Source: an uncultured Desulfobacteraceae bacterium
GTDB taxonomy: Bacteria > Desulfobacterota > Desulfobacteria > Desulfobacterales > JALSRD01
Direction of reading: 5' to 3'
Length of the DNA stretch: 64,000 nucleotides
NCBI GenBank assembly: GCA_964442705.1
Contig: CAYUAQ010000005.1
Coordinates: 1,102-65,101 of the forward strand
A model generated the notes under the pieces. It saw nothing but the letters and a program-made list of their open reading frames with translations. It searched no databases and had not been told where the DNA came from. The position numbers were made by a program, and so were the translations under genes. Positions 63,428 through 64,000 of this stretch are shown here, one piece after another; within the stretch, counting starts at the first letter, position 1; the number at the start of each line of letters is the position of its first letter.

Positions 63428-64000
63428 TCATGCCCAGCTCCGCGCTCTGCCACGTGCGCTGCGCCGGATGGCTCTGCAGATCATGAGGAGTGAAAGCACC
63501 ACGATCACGAAAGCGCCTGAAAATACAATCGGCCAGGAAAGCTGTCCATTGATCATGAGACGGCTGAAGAGAATCAGTGGATAGAGAATCGTCCGAACCA
63601 AGGTCTTCAGTGTTTCGTGGCGGCGGATGTAATCGGCAATCGGAGGAGAGTAGGCATAGTATCGGGCCACAAACCAGCGGCCCGGATCGTTGGTCAACAG
63701 GAATTTGTCTCTGAAAACTGAAAGCAGACGAACCTGAGAAGCCAGTGGCGTTCCGAAAGCTGCCGTGGCAATGAAACAGCCGCCCCCCCCGCCGCCGCTT
63801 GCCACGGGGGGGGTGCTGCCAGGCGGCGTGGTTCCGGGCCCGGATCCAGAAGATCCAATGGCTGCATACCAGGCGTTGGCCAGCACTTTGTACCCCTCAC
63901 TGTTGGGATGGACGCCGTCGTCGCTCCACGAATTCCAGTGCGGTGCCAAGGCCTTGAAGGAAGCAGCCCGGCTTACGTTTTTTTCACCGGCGATATCGGC
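63428..64000 (-). CDS. SGNH/GDSL hydrolase (5' end outside the window) with Gly/Pro linker and CFIATAAFG-type C-terminal membrane anchor domain
   Basis: The reading frame is open to the window edge, with no stop between 63949 and 64000. Block [11 protein letters not shown], linker [26 protein letters not shown], then [11 protein letters not shown]..LRxFRD..YYxxSPPIADxI and a terminal TM helix. Confidence 0.7.
   Translation of the reverse strand, partial: ADIAGEKNVSRAASFKALAPHWNSWSDDGVHPNSEGYKVLANAWYAAIGSSGSGPGTTPPGSTPPVASGGGGGGCFIATAAFGTPLASQVRLLSVFRDKFLLTNDPGRWFVARYYAYSPPIADYIRRHETLKTLVRTILYPLILFSRLMINGQLSWPIVFSGAFVIVVLSLLMICRAIRRSARGRARSWA

Noticed and set aside
1-64000. Search for CRISPR arrays, IS elements, integrases, tRNA/rRNA genes, toxin-antitoxin pairs or a recognisable phage-defence operon
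   Set aside because: I found no spaced direct-repeat array, no transposase or recombinase motifs, and no cloverleaf-sized conserved RNA in the short intergenic regions. The nuclease, exonuclease and Hsp70 genes do not sit in known defence-system architectures. The window looks like core chromosome plus a large glycan locus, not a mobile island.

Overview
GC-rich (about 60% by eye), gene-dense bacterial chromosomal segment. I saw no rRNA, tRNA, CRISPR array, transposase or integrase. It splits into three parts. (1) 0.1-12.9 kb: a PrpE-type acyl-CoA synthetase is followed by an unusual signalling island. The island holds an orphan receiver, a membrane-anchored pseudo-histidine-kinase fused to a DnaQ-type exonuclease, a solute-symporter-type sensor kinase with a small upstream membrane ORF, and a cNMP/CBS/DUF294 nucleotidyltransferase. 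After it come an SPL-like radical-SAM enzyme, a secreted thermonuclease and a coupled unknown protein. (2) 12.9-24.9 kb: a mostly minus-strand block with a transmembrane J-like/TPR/DUF1566 protein coupled to an HscC-like Hsp70, an EF-G-2 paralogue, tlyA, dxs, xseB, xseA (no ispA) and a BI-1/YccA protein. (3) 24.9-64 kb: one uninterrupted minus-strand array of about 31 genes for envelope glycan synthesis. It contains glmM, a stand-alone LbH protein, a wzm/wzt ABC-transporter O-polysaccharide module with a WbdD-like methyltransferase and two double-domain GT4 enzymes, and gmd. It also contains a WaaL-like protein, a WbaP-like initiating transferase, GT2/GT4 enzymes, gmhA, GT-C-like membrane proteins and an AsnB-like amidotransferase. 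Its upstream end carries a DPPR-synthase-like UbiA prenyl-phosphate transferase, a flippase-like protein, acetyl- and methyltransferases, an overlapping FAD-oxidoreductase/SDR pair, and a truncated SGNH hydrolase with a [10 protein letters not shown]-terminal anchor. The best candidates for undescribed biology are the pseudo-kinase-exonuclease/DUF294 nucleotidyltransferase island next to prpE, the possible polyprenyl-phospho-pentose (DPA-like) branch in the glycan locus, and the Hsp70/transmembrane J-like pair. All functional calls come from motif recognition by eye. No database search was run.
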